A DNA stretch of 64,000 bases from Giardia intestinalis. Lineage: Eukaryota. The stretch lies in the NCBI GenBank assembly GCA_000002435.2, contig CM018793.1; one strand, given 5' to 3'. The notes beneath the pieces were generated by a model that had not been told where the DNA came from, did not search any database, and worked only from the letters and a program-made list of their open reading frames with translations. The first letter of the stretch is position 1. Every line of letters starts with the position of its first letter. Positions 1 through 10,614 of the stretch are shown one piece after another. The translations under genes and the position numbers were made by a program.

Positions 1-28
1 TACATCGCTCATATTTGCTACATATCCA

Positions 29-1297
29 ATGCGATGCAGCGTCGGCTCCAAGCACCATACTCTGTTCCTTGCCATGGCGATGATAATTACAGGCACCTTC
101 AATACTGTCTCCAGGAAGATTTCATACCAAATGGAAGGTAAGAACATTAAGGGTGAACAAGAGCAATATAACAAAGCGTGGATCACAACTTTCTTCATGT
201 TCCTTGGCGAGAGTATCTGCTTGGTCATCTTTTACATAAAGAGGTGCATCGCCAAGCGGAAAGCTTCTGCAACACCTCTTGATGCAACTGCTGGCAGCGC
301 AACGGAACCTGAGCAGAGAAGCACCACGGTCCTCAATGATGTCATCCATAACTCTGGCTGCGTGGAGACTACTGAGTCCCCGCAGAATACCCAGGTGACA
401 ATAGCGGATGCGAGGAAGGGTGTGACAGGCTCACTGCCTTATTGGAAGTTTGTTCTAGCAACGACCTGCTTCGCTGTCCTGGACCTTATACAGACAACGG
501 CCTTCAACATAGCCATGGTATATGTGCCGGCATCTGCAGCCCAGATTCTCCGAGGGTTTACCATAGTCTTCTGCTTGGTTCTCGCGATCCCCTTGCTGAA
601 GAGGAAGCCGAAAATGTGGGAGATTATGGGGGTTTGCTTTGCGTTTCTTGGGCTAGTTCTGGTCGGCATTGCCACTACCATCCAGGCGCAGAACTTGGGA
701 GAATATGGAAGCGCTCTCAAGACCATCATAGGCGTCCTGCTCGTTATTGCTGGTCAGCTCTTCTCTGCAACACAATATCTTGCGGAAGAGAAGATCCTCA
801 AGAGTCAGGACATAGACCCCCTAATGGTTGTCGGCTGGGAGGGTGTCTGTGGCGTGATTCTGTCGCTGTGCGTTGCGTGCCCGCTGGCACACGTGATACC
901 TGGCAGCGACCACGGGAGCCTGGAGAACTATGCTAACTCGTTGTACATGTCCTTCGTCAATGGGAACATACTAGCCATGAACATCCTGTATGTGTTGTCC
1001 ATTCTCTTCTTCAACTGGTCTGGGCTGACTGTCGGGAAGTCCCTTACGTCGACCCATCGGTCTCTGTTCGACAACTTGAGATCGCTGTTGATATGGGTCA
1101 TCATGGTCATAATATACTATTCGACGAGGCACTACAATCGTCCGTACGGAGAACCCCTCACCTTCTACTCACTTCTGGAGCTGTTTGGGTTTGGAGTGAT
1201 GATCTTGGGCGTCATGATCCACAACGACGTCCGTGGGTTTGGCGCGAAGGCTACGTGCAGAGGTGAACAAAAGGCGGAACCAACGTCTCCTAATTGA
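29..1297 (+). CDS. Multipass membrane transporter, drug/metabolite transporter (DMT) superfamily, SLC35F/CRT-like
   Basis: 422-aa ORF with about 10 hydrophobic helices. The N-terminal TM1 region (TGTFNTVSRK...WITTFFMFLGESICLVIFY) resembles SLC35F/chloroquine-resistance-transporter-like DMT proteins. The ATG at 29 is preceded by A/T-rich CATATTTGCTACATATCCA. A paralog lies inverted at 48994-50307. Confidence 0.6.
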   Translation: MRCSVGSKHHTLFLAMAMIITGTFNTVSRKISYQMEGKNIKGEQEQYNKAWITTFFMFLGESICLVIFYIKRCIAKRKASATPLDATAGSATEPEQRSTTVLNDVIHNSGCVETTESPQNTQVTIADARKGVTGSLPYWKFVLATTCFAVLDLIQTTAFNIAMVYVPASAAQILRGFTIVFCLVLAIPLLKRKPKMWEIMGVCFAFLGLVLVGIATTIQAQNLGEYGSALKTIIGVLLVIAGQLFSATQYLAEEKILKSQDIDPLMVVGWEGVCGVILSLCVACPLAHVIPGSDHGSLENYANSLYMSFVNGNILAMNILYVLSILFFNWSGLTVGKSLTSTHRSLFDNLRSLLIWVIMVIIYYSTRHYNRPYGEPLTFYSLLELFGFGVMILGVMIHNDVRGFGAKATCRGEQKAEPTSPN

Positions 1298-2611
1298 TGG
1301 CGTTTTCAGGTGACTGTTGATTTCCCATTTATGTGTTTTGTTTTCAAAGTGTGTTATTCTCAAGAGTAGTTTCAAGACTGACTACCAATTATCCAATGAA
1401 TGAGTGAATATCACGCTTTTTTCTTCATGAAAGAATCATTGGAAACCTTTTTTTGAAACTGGTTGGTATACCGCATCATTCACGCCACAGAAGTTCTCTG
1501 TGCTGAGCTTTATGTTTCTTCTAGCATACTACGCTGATGCTAGCGATATTATTAACAGATTAGAAGATCTTATTATGTAAAAGACTGAGGTCGTCAGGGC
1601 TATAAGTTCCCGCAAGGGGAAGAAGCTGACAGAGTCTGCCGCTTCTCTTGCCGGGGATAAAAGTTTACACTGCCGCAAGTCGTACCTGGGAAAGTATTAC
1701 TCGCTTCGTTACCTCGACAGGATTGCTGAGTGTGAAGCAGATAAGGCTATCATTGCATGCAATCCCCGCCCTACTCTTCGTTGATTTAATCATCGGACAG
1801 TCGCTTGCTCCGTTCCTGATGGCTAGTGTGGTTAATGTTATCCCTATTACAGGCCATCGTTACGACTAGCGCTTTTTCTAAGAGTAATAGAAGCATTCAC
1901 ACAAGAATCCAAGAGAGCCCACTGAGGCCGAGCATTGATGCCATTTTAGACCACTCTTCTGCTTTATCATTTCTATCAGTAGTTCTCATGAAAGTCATGA
2001 CATCGTTTTTGTCAGTGAGGTCAAGAAGCTCCGTGATGTTCCTGTACCGCAGATCTAGGAGTCTTAGAAAGGTGACAGAACTGTCGATCTATTTCTAAAG
2101 CACTACAAAGGTTTGCGAGAACATGGCTCCTGCTTGACCATAGATTACCAGACCGGCCCGTCCTGCAGCTGCAGAGGGACCGCATTCAGTGCATGGGATC
2201 CGCGGTCTGGTCTCTGAGCTTCATCATTGGTCACTCGTGGACCCTGGGTCCTGTATGGCTACCACCGTCCCATGTTTGTCAGAAGATACATGTGGTGTCA
2301 GTTGGACGAGGCGGGCAACCTTACCTTGACGCACGGTCCTCCATTTAGCCCCTCTCTGCAGACAACGCACTGTGGCGAGGCCTCTCCGGACCATCGCCCC
2401 AGAGAAGGCAGGCAGCTCTAGGACAATCCGCTAGAGAAGCCCCATGGCACACAAAACCCGCTGTGTGAGGCGCCGCCTCTTCTGTGCAAGCGGGCCTGAA
2501 AGCCTTTGTCATTCCGTAGTGACCACGCAGTCCAACTACGCCCCGTACTGCAGGCGCTGAGGGAAGAGACAGCTCTCGGTGCGCATTGTTCCTGGCCGAG
2601 CATAGCCGGGT

Positions 2612-3106
2612 TTACTCGAAGAGCTTCAGGTAGCTGTCCACTAGCGTGTCCTTGTCAGTGTCGGTGAAGATGACGAAGGACGGGAGCGGATCGCACTTGC
2701 AGAACCTGAAGCTCTGGTTGAACGGCTTGACCACATCGCCTGCAGAGAACTCCCCGGCGTACTTCTCCGCCGTGCCCCCGCACGTGCAGATGACGCGGAA
2801 CTTCTTGCCCGCGATCACAGCCTTGGAGCCAAAGGCCCATCCGTACGTCAGCACGCTATCCATAAAGACCTTAAGAGAAGGCGGTGATGAAAACCAATAC
2901 ACGGGGAACTGGAAGAAAACTGCGTCCGCCTTCTCTATGATCCTCTGCTCCTCGCTGACCTGCTCAGGGGTCATATGCAGGCTCGGGTAGAGCTCATCCA
3001 GCCAGCGGACCTCCACGTTCTTGAGCTTCTTGGCCGCCTCAACGAGGGGCGCGTTGACGACGCTCTTCGGCTCTGCGGGGTGGGAGTAATAGAGGACGAT
3101 GTGCAT
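2612..3106 (-). CDS. Flavodoxin-like fold NAD(P)H dehydrogenase (quinone) / NADPH oxidoreductase
   Basis: 164-aa ORF with MHIVLYYSHP...DAVFFQFPVYWFSSPPSLKVFMDSVLTYGWAFG, typical of the Flavodoxin_2 (MdaB/KefF/DT-diaphorase-like) family. The ATG is preceded by CACAAAA on the minus strand. Confidence 0.75.
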   Translation of the reverse strand: MHIVLYYSHPAEPKSVVNAPLVEAAKKLKNVEVRWLDELYPSLHMTPEQVSEEQRIIEKADAVFFQFPVYWFSSPPSLKVFMDSVLTYGWAFGSKAVIAGKKFRVICTCGGTAEKYAGEFSAGDVVKPFNQSFRFCKCDPLPSFVIFTDTDKDTLVDSYLKLFE

Positions 3107-3310
3107 TTTTTGTGACAGGCCACAGTGCCGGTAGTTATGTTAAGACACGACTACAAGTTATCCTGGAACCACAAAGGACGAGAGGTCTGAGGGACATCAG
3201 AAAGGACTGCTAGTGCCAAGGGTTGCAGTCACTAGCCGACAGAAGGGATGGTCTCGGCGCAACCCCACGTCTGCTGTTCGGACATTAATCAACCGTCTGG
3301 CCTTCTTCCC

Positions 3311-3754
3311 TCATCGTCTTCGCACCCGTGGAGTGGATAGTTTTATACCTGTCTGCTTGAGCGCCACATATTCTTCAATATACCCATTGAGGATCTTTGT
3401 CTGCTGCATGGTGTTCGCATTCTCTAACGACCCTCCCGCCTTCATGTCCTGGTGACGAGCCTTTTCGCTGGAGTGAACCCCGGTGCCGCCACCTGTATCC
3501 GCGCCTTCGTCGGTGCCAAGGCCAGCATCAGCGTCATCCTCTAGGCTCGGACTCACGCCCTGCAGATGTGTCTTCGTCTCCAAAAGACGCATTAGGGTCG
3601 TCTCGATCTCCCGCCGGATAATAGTGCCCTGGCTCTCCAGCCCCGGGTCAAACCCTACAGACCGAGAAACGGCCTGTGTAAATCCTTGCACACGTGATTC
3701 CAGCGCAGGCAGCTCCCTGCTAATCTTATAGTCGATCTCGATGAAACTGTACAT
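3311..3754 (-). CDS. Small hypothetical protein; possibly the remnant of the second nucleotide-binding domain of the adjacent decayed ABC transporter
   Basis: 147-aa ORF starting 5 nt after the ABC ORF stop. N-terminus IEIDYKISRELPALESRV resembles the ABCC NBD2 entry strand (IEFxNVxxRYxPxLxxVL). C-terminus ILNGYIEEYVA resembles the NBD end motif VLDxGxIxEYGxP. The Walker A, signature and Walker B region between them is absent. It has its own A/T-rich stretch (AGATATAAACTTA) before the ATG. Confidence 0.35.
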   Translation of the reverse strand: MYSFIEIDYKISRELPALESRVQGFTQAVSRSVGFDPGLESQGTIIRREIETTLMRLLETKTHLQGVSPSLEDDADAGLGTDEGADTGGGTGVHSSEKARHQDMKAGGSLENANTMQQTKILNGYIEEYVALKQTGIKLSTPRVRRR

Positions 3755-3759
3755 TAAGT

Positions 3760-6700
3760 TTATATCTTGGCGTTTTCAGATTTCACACTACAGCCGTCAC
3801 TTGCGCACGTCCAGAAGCACCGGGCGGGAGGGAAGCTGAAGAGGGTAGCCCCATGCCCATCGCGAAGCACACACGCCGTGACGAACTGACTGAGTATCAT
3901 TTGGATGTTGAAGGAGTACGACAGTATCAGGCCCGCATACTGAAGGAACTGTATCCCGCCGATGTTGACAGGCGCAATGACGCAGCTGATAAGAGCGATG
4001 AAGCCGCAAAAGAAGGCCCCAATGACGTTCAGTCGGAAGCTCAGCCAGCGGGGGAGAGAGATCTGCATCCAGTATGCCGACGAGTTGATCGTTATCTGCT
4101 CCCGGGCCTTGGCGATGAAGTGGGACTCGAAGCTGTACGCACGAATCGACGGCAGAGCCCCAAGGCTCTCTGTGCAGATGTTGATGACCGGGGACTTGGT
4201 TATGCTCTCCAGTCGCTTCACCTGCGGGGCAACGCGGCGGAACATGAAGAAGATGACAGCGTAGAGGATGATCGTCGGGATGACGACTATAAGGGCCGGC
4301 CAGGCCAGGACGCATATCATTACAAGCATCCCTACCAGTGACGCGCCATTCCCCAGCGCCTGGTTTATGAACCGCATCACCTGGATGTCCATGGAGTCTG
4401 TGTCCTTGCTGAAGCGGTTGAGGATCCGCCCCGTCGGAGTTGTGTCAAAGAACGACATCGGCGATCTGAAGATAGATCGGAGCATCTTCTTGAAGAGTGC
4501 GCGCGCGGCAGAATTAATGAACGAGACGAGGAAGACAGACGACAGGTAGGCCATAAGCATCGTAGACACGGTCATTCCGGCGTAAATCCCGATGTACTTG
4601 TAGTTGTACGACTTATCGGTGTCAGACAGTTTGAAATGATACTGGTCCTTAACCCAGTGATTGATCAACACGCCCTGGTATTGGGTGGATCCCTGCCATA
4701 GCAAGACAAAGACAAGGTAGCAGAGGAGGCTGCAGCGAGACCCGGACCTGAACCAGCGCTTGTAGAACGTCCCTGAGACGGACCCCTGCTGAGCAAAGGC
4801 CTCTGCAAGCATGAGCTTCCCCTTGGCCTCGTTGCCGTCATCGGTCATCAGCGCCAGGTCGCGCCTCTTCTCCTCGTCGGTCTGGGTTGGAATAACGAGC
4901 TGGCTCGCCACGCTCTCGATGCGTCCGGCATTGTTTAGCCCGCTGGCCACGGACGTGGTGCGGGAAAATCCGAAGTCGATGCCCTTGTTCATCAGGTTGT
5001 CCGGCGTGTCGCTGTGGACGATCTCCCCGTCCTCGATCCTGATGACAAGGTCGCAGTTTCCGAAGTACTGCGTCTGGTGGGACGCTATCAAGACGGTGGT
5101 CCCCTGCTCCTTCAGGAATCCACAAATGACCTCGTTCCACAGCCTCTGCCCGACGTGCGAGTCGACGGCGGAGAGGGGGTCGTCAAGGAGCAGGATGTCA
5201 CAGCCCGAGTACACGGCCCGGGCCAGAGCGACGCGCGCCTTCTGCCCGCCCGACAGAGAGACGCCCTTTTCACCGATCTCTGTCAGGTCGCCCGCCTTGA
5301 AGAGCTTGAGGTCGGGTATCAGGCAGCAGATGTCGAGCACCTTTTCATAGCGAGCACGGTCGAAGGGCCGGTAGAAGACGATGTTGTCACGCAGGGTGCC
5401 AGAGAAGATGCAGGACGACTGGGCAAAGTACGCGACGGACCCGTAGATGTGGACGTGGGGGATCTGCGGGTCGAACCTGGGGTCCTCCGTCGAGTACTTC
5501 TCGACGAACGAGGTAGGAGGCGTTAAGCCGGTCTGGTAGTCGAACTTGATCTCCAGGTTGTTAAACTTGTAGGAGTCCAGCTTTGCACGCTGCTCTCTCA
5601 CCAGGCGCAGCTCGCCCAGCAGAGCAGAGAACAGCGTGGTCTTGCCGGCGCCAACAGGCCCGCAGATCCCCACGAGGTAGCCCTTCGGTATGCTGAGGTC
5701 GAGGTTCTTGATGCGTGGAGGCAGATCAACGTGGTTGGGGTTCTTGTCGAGCTGCGTGTCAATGATCTGCTTGCACCTGGCAGGGTCTTTTCTGTACTTC
5801 TTGAGGTCGCGCGACACTTGGTTCTGCTCGGCGGCCAGGTCGTAGAGACCCCGTACCACAATCCGGTGCAGGAACGTCTTCTTCAGCACCTGGTAGGGAT
5901 TATCGTCCGGCGACGCCTAGTAGGCCTGGGGAATGTAGGCGCCGAACGACGTCACCTTGTCGGGCGGTAGGAGGCCGAACTCAATGACTCACGAGTCGAT
6001 GTAGCGCATTGCATCGGCCTCCTTGTCGGTAACATCGATGGAGTCGAATCGATTCAGCAGGATGTCTTCCTCGGTGGCGTCCACGGATACGGAGGGGTTC
6101 TTTGTCTTCCACGCCTTGTACTCCTTGACCTTTTTCTCGTAGTGCTTCTTAAATTGGGGATAGAGCTGCAAGACCTGCCTCTGCTTCTTCATGTTGTCCT
6201 TGAACATCGGGTCCAGGAGCGGCGGTATAATGGAGTCCTCCCTCAGGCCCCAGCAGAAGCTGGGCTGGTTGGACGTTTTGATTGCGTAGGGCACCGTCTC
6301 GCCCTTGGTAAGGGTATAGGACCTCTCGCGGGTGACGACCCCGTAGTCCGGCTGCGGAAGCGTTATAAAGGTCAGGATGTGCTTGGAGCTTATCTTCGAC
6401 TCGGAAATCCCGGACATCATCAGTGGCATGAAGACAAACACCAGGCCCAGCATGTTGTATACGAACACCGCGGTGTATGCGTTGGCAACGTCAAAGCTTG
6501 AGCTGGTCATGAAGAAGAGGAACCCGAAGAGGGACATTAATGGCGCTGCACCGTTGACGACAAGACCAAAGCCGGAGAGAATGATGCCAAAGCGGAAAAT
6601 CATCCCTATCTCCTTGTTGCGGATGTTCATCACTCGCGCCTCTTGGACATCCTCCATTCCGAAGAGCTTGACGACCTTCATTCCGTTGAGGACCTCAGAG

Positions 6701-7251
6701 ATCTTCTTGACACGCAGGTCTGTCATGCTGAGCAAGGAAAAGAGGAGCCGGGTAAAGGCAAACAGGATCAGTCCAACAATCGGCAGGATGATGAAGAGAG
6801 CAATCAGGCCTCCAATCCCTTTGGGGTCGATCTCGATGGCCATGTAGACCAGGTAACAGACAAACATCAGCGGCATCGTCATCATGAAGATGAGCAAAAG
6901 CATAAAGTTCGAGATTCTCATCGTGTCTGCGAAGAGGAGGTTGACCAGGTTGCCGGCGGCAGAATTTTGGCGGGTGATGTCCGAAAGAGACAGGGTGGCC
7001 TCGTCGGGACATTTGGACACTGACCTACTCTGCCTATTTGAAGGAGACCAAGCTCCCTCGTGACTTGCTGCAATCCTCCGTGGCTGCTGATAGTGGCATG
7101 GCAGCCAGAATTGTAGAGGAAACAGAGTCTGCTGCGAAGACCATATGCCAGACCCTTCAGACCGCAGAAACGAATCTGGTCCAGAAGCTGGTTGTCCCAC
7201 CGCGATGCAATCAGGCGTTTCTGGGCGCCTTGACACCGACTGAGCTGTCAC
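3760..7251 (-). pseudogene. ABCC (MRP)-type ABC transporter, apparently decayed: N-truncated TMD1, NBD1 and TMD2 present, reading frame broken by two in-frame stops, no intact NBD2
   Basis: ORF 5989-7251 encodes the distal part of TMD1 (GNLVNLLFADTMRISNF... and ISEVLNGMKVVKLFGMEDVQEARVMNIRNKEI, matching ABCC GEIVNLMSVD and NEILNGIKVLKLYAWE). ORF 3760-5889 encodes NBD1 (Walker A GICGPVGAGKTT, signature LSGGQKARVALARA, Walker B ILLLDDPLSAVD) plus a six-helix TMD2. The two ORFs are in the same frame, separated only by TGA at 5989-5991 and TAG at 5917-5919. Upstream of 7251 no ORF continues TMD1, and the ORF's first M is a GTG. Confidence 0.55.
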
Positions 7252-8174
7252 ACATGGGCATAAGGCAGCCAGGATACGATGTCGCAGACGATGAGCCCAC
7301 AGAAGCGTCGGGAATACTTGACACAGAGTACAGCGATGTGGTTTCAGAAGTATCGGCTTCCCTTAGTGGCGGTGCTAAGAATCATGCAAGGAAGCCACCG
7401 GTTATTTGCATAGGTGATCTTTACTTTTCGCGGTACAATCCTCTTTTCCACCACAGAGACACCTTACAAATACAGAGGCTTGACAGTAATAGGGGCAGTC
7501 CCTGTTCTGGCATCTGACACCTGAGCCATCCTATAGATTCCACCCTCCGAGGAGCCAGAGAGCCCAAGAGACACCCCGTCTCTGGCAGAGACCACCGATG
7601 GGCAACAGCACATAGGGCCCTTGTCCCAGCACTCATCCCTGCTGGCTAGGCTGTCTACGTCTGCATACACAAGACCAGCATGCCTGTTTCACTGAGCTGC
7701 ACCAAAGAACTGATTGTTGGCCGCACGACTGAGCCCATGAGACACTTGGCGATCCTCCATAAGGCTCAAGGCCGTGCTGCATTCCGAGTGGAGCCCGCAG
7801 GCCCTCATGGTACCTGATGCTCAGAAGTTATGTCAGTCGTTGCCCGATACAGTACTCCAGACAAGAAGCATGTAGTCCAACCCAGGCAGAGGAACGCTCC
7901 TCGAGTCCCAGATCAGCGCACGGTAGACGGGTGTTAAAGCCCGAAAAAGCCATTCTCCCGAAGTAGGACTGTGTCGGCACCAGAGCCAGAATAGTACGGT
8001 GTGTTCTGGATGGTTGCCTGCTCGGACACTGGCCGGTGAGATCAGGTGCTAACCACTCCCCCACCCGGTATCTGGACATAGAGGCCCCGGTGTGCGCACA
8101 GTGCCTCGCCGAGTGGCCCGTTGCGACCGACTAGAGGAGCCCTTCACACGTATTGTAAAGACGAGTGTTCACAA

Positions 8175-8195
8175 TTGATATTCAAAAAATCGCTG
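8175..8195 (+). promoter_or_regulatory. A/T-rich initiator-like element (ATTCAAAAAATCGCTG) immediately 5' of the HCMP ATG
   Basis: Short A/T-rich stretch directly abutting the start codon, the usual Giardia core promoter architecture. Confidence 0.4.
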
Positions 8196-10025
8196 ATGTT
8201 GGGATTGTTATGTTTTGGTGCGTGTGCCATCGGCCAGGCAATCCTGGTAGGCGATGGCTCTACTCCGTATAAGAACAGCTACTACGTTCCCTGCACGGAG
8301 GATCAGTCAGATTGCGTGAAGGACAGGTGTGTCGCATTCGGCCGGGGCGCAACACTCTGCACCGAGTGCCAATCTGGGAAGGTACCGATCAATGGCAGAT
8401 GCGTAGGACCCGACGATCCAGACTCACTTCTAGACTCGAGCGTCTGCACTTCGGAAAACGGCAGCAGCGGCGGACAACGCTGCAAGGCGTGTAGAGACCA
8501 GAACGAGGACGCTAGTGAGGACACAGACATCTTCCTCTTCTACGGGGGCTGCTACAGCAAGAGCGAGTGGCCGGGCTCGCACATCTGCAGGACCGCCTCA
8601 GGTGGGGCGTGCAGCGTCTGCGAGACAGAGCATGGGTATGTCTTCATGAACACGGGGCAGAGCGCCGCCGAAAAGTGTATTCTGTGCGGCGACACGGCCG
8701 GCTTCGGCAGCAGCGTCGGAATAGACGGCTGTGCGGTCTGTGTCCCTCTGTCGCAGGAGTCCGTGTCAAGTAGTCCAGCAAGCGCTATCCAGTGCACTGC
8801 CTGCTCCGCTAACGACAAGGCCCCGATTGACGGCCGATGCACGGATGTCGGCGCCAATAGGTGCGCGAATGGGTACTGCACTCACTGCGCGGCTGATTAC
8901 GTCTATCATCGAGGGGGCTGCTATAGCAAGAACGGGGTGGGAAACAAGGTCTGTGCGGAAGGCGATCTCTTCGAGATAGCCGGCTACTCGGCCTGTAAGA
9001 AGTGCGTCAACTCCAGCGAGGTCCCGCACAACGGGAATTGCGGGCCGATCGACGAGCTGTATAACTGTAAAAAGGACGCCTCCGGTGGAATGTGTGCGGC
9101 CTGCAACCAGGGCTTCCCCGGCCGCACGGTCTTCCTGTACGAGGGCGGTTGCTACAACACCACCGACCCCGTCGGAGGGACCGTGTGCACAGAAGCCTTC
9201 AACGGCAGGTGCACTTCTTGTAACGAAGCGCAGGGATACTATAAGAAGGACCTGGGATGCGATTCGTGCGCCGCTGTGATCGCCGACTGTGCCAGCTGCG
9301 TCCCCCGCTCTGGCACGTCCGACATACCCATCTGTGTCGGATGCAGGAACGGCAAGTATGCAGCCGTAGGCGGGGCCTCTTGCGACGCCTCGTGCTCTCA
9401 GCCGACGACGCCCACCTGCACGGACGGGCTCTGTCGCTGCAGCTGCGGGGTAGGGTCTTACCTCAGCACCACCACCAACAGCTGCACCCCCTGCGACCCG
9501 GCCTGCGCAGACTGCATGAGCCCCGGCGCCGACGGGTGCGTGTCGTGCGCCCCGGGCCGTTACATTAGGTACGGCGACTCCGGCAGATCCTGCGTGGAGC
9601 CCTCTGAGTGCGGCGACGGGTACTACGCGAACAGCGACAGTTACACCTGCACCCCGTGCGGCATCGACGCATGCAAGGCCTGTAGCAAGAGCGGCAACGG
9701 AATCAAGTGCACGGCGTGCTCCTCCGGGTACCTCTCCGCCGACGGATCCTCGTGCTCTTCTGAGTGCAACGGGCCCAACCAAGTAAAGAACGGCAGCGAC
9801 AACTGTGTCTGCGTGGGTGGGTACACCCTGAGAGATGGCGTTTGCGTTCTCCAGGCCAGGAGGGCCAGCTCCGTGCCGATTGCTGTGGGGGTCGCCGCCT
9901 CTGTCGTCGGGATCATGGTCGTCGCTCTCGTCTGCTGGCTCGTTCTGCGGCGGCGGCGAGGACCGAAGAGCCTCTCGACTATGGCGGGATCCCGAAGGCT
10001 TGCAGGCACCGTGGACGAGTTCTAG
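8196..10025 (+). CDS. High cysteine membrane protein (HCMP), VSP-like cysteine-rich type I membrane protein
   Basis: Signal peptide MLGLLCFGACAIG. About 12% Cys with many CXXC and CXC pairs and GGCY motifs (FLFYGGCY, HRGGCYSK, FLYEGGCYNT). A single C-terminal TM helix (IAVGVAASVVGIMVVALVCWLVL) is followed by a basic tail. Start re-placed from 8121 to the first ATG at 8196. Confidence 0.8.
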   Translation: MLGLLCFGACAIGQAILVGDGSTPYKNSYYVPCTEDQSDCVKDRCVAFGRGATLCTECQSGKVPINGRCVGPDDPDSLLDSSVCTSENGSSGGQRCKACRDQNEDASEDTDIFLFYGGCYSKSEWPGSHICRTASGGACSVCETEHGYVFMNTGQSAAEKCILCGDTAGFGSSVGIDGCAVCVPLSQESVSSSPASAIQCTACSANDKAPIDGRCTDVGANRCANGYCTHCAADYVYHRGGCYSKNGVGNKVCAEGDLFEIAGYSACKKCVNSSEVPHNGNCGPIDELYNCKKDASGGMCAACNQGFPGRTVFLYEGGCYNTTDPVGGTVCTEAFNGRCTSCNEAQGYYKKDLGCDSCAAVIADCASCVPRSGTSDIPICVGCRNGKYAAVGGASCDASCSQPTTPTCTDGLCRCSCGVGSYLSTTTNSCTPCDPACADCMSPGADGCVSCAPGRYIRYGDSGRSCVEPSECGDGYYANSDSYTCTPCGIDACKACSKSGNGIKCTACSSGYLSADGSSCSSECNGPNQVKNGSDNCVCVGGYTLRDGVCVLQARRASSVPIAVGVAASVVGIMVVALVCWLVLRRRRGPKSLSTMAGSRRLAGTVDEF

Positions 10026-10052
10026 CCCCCTAGCTTTTTGTAGTCCTTAATG

Positions 10053-10059
10053 AGTGAAC
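10053..10059 (+). terminator. Putative polyadenylation signal AGTGAAC (AGTRAAY type) 28 nt after the HCMP stop
   Basis: Matches the Giardia 3'-processing consensus, placed shortly after the stop at 10023-10025. Confidence 0.5.
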
Positions 10060-10614
10060 ATGACGATAATTCACTCCACCCCGATTACTTCCAGGGCTGG
10101 GTCCGCCCACTAAGACGGCAGACCAAGGAGGGCGCCATTAATAGACAACACGAGTCCATGAGAAGGCCAGAGATCTGGAAGCACACCCAGACAGGGTCCA
10201 CGCCACACGGAGCAACCGAGGAACGTGCCGGATTCTGGATGTGTTGGCGGAGGGAGCGCCTATTGTGTTATCCAAAATCAGCCATCGCCTCTGGGTATGG
10301 CCAAGAAGTGGACAAGAATTTACTCGTGAGGTCTCTGGACCACGGCCACAAGCGATGACCAGCAGCACAGCACTGGGGCTAATCGACGAGGGGTGAATCA
10401 CCTCGGCCGATCTCAGTCAATAGAAGCGGGCCTAGTCAGCTCAGCCTAGCCTCCCCTCTCCTTCAATCCTGGCCTTAACCTGTGACGCTAGCCAGATCCT
10501 GTGCTTTTCTGGTCCACTCGCTTCGGCACATCTTTTGCATTTAATTTCAACCACGATTATGTTCGCCACCACAAGCGATCATTCTTCTGTTCAACAGATC
10601 TACTAAAATATCAA

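Noticed and set aside
3311-3754. Treating the 147-aa ORF as a confidently functional independent protein
   Set aside because: Only its edges resemble an ABC NBD and its centre is low-complexity Gly/Asp/Thr-rich. It is kept as a low-confidence feature and discussed as a probable NBD2 remnant instead.
5890-5988. A 99-nt in-frame spliceosomal intron removing the two stops in the ABC transporter
   Set aside because: The minus-strand segment begins GTCATT and ends CCCTACCAG. It lacks the strongly conserved Giardia 5' GTATGT and the fused branch/3' site (CT[AG]ACACACAG). Removing it would still leave the TGA at 5989-5991 in the upstream exon.
8121-8195. ORF-track N-terminal extensions (8121, 10501, 24174, 39894, 47026, 61172, 7251, 50352, 48862, 56253)
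   Set aside because: The first M in these ORFs corresponds to GTG or TTG, or lies upstream of an obvious signal peptide or homology start. Starts were moved to the first ATG carrying an A/T-rich initiator.
8766-9782. 338-aa antisense ORF inside the HCMP, and similar antisense or alternate-frame ORFs elsewhere (10750-11286, 11305-12003, 25059-25676, 4811-5350, 5014-5526)
   Set aside because: These are typical long spurious ORFs on the opposite strand of GC-rich, codon-biased genes. They are Arg/Ala/Gly-rich with low complexity, have no motifs, and overlap well-supported genes.
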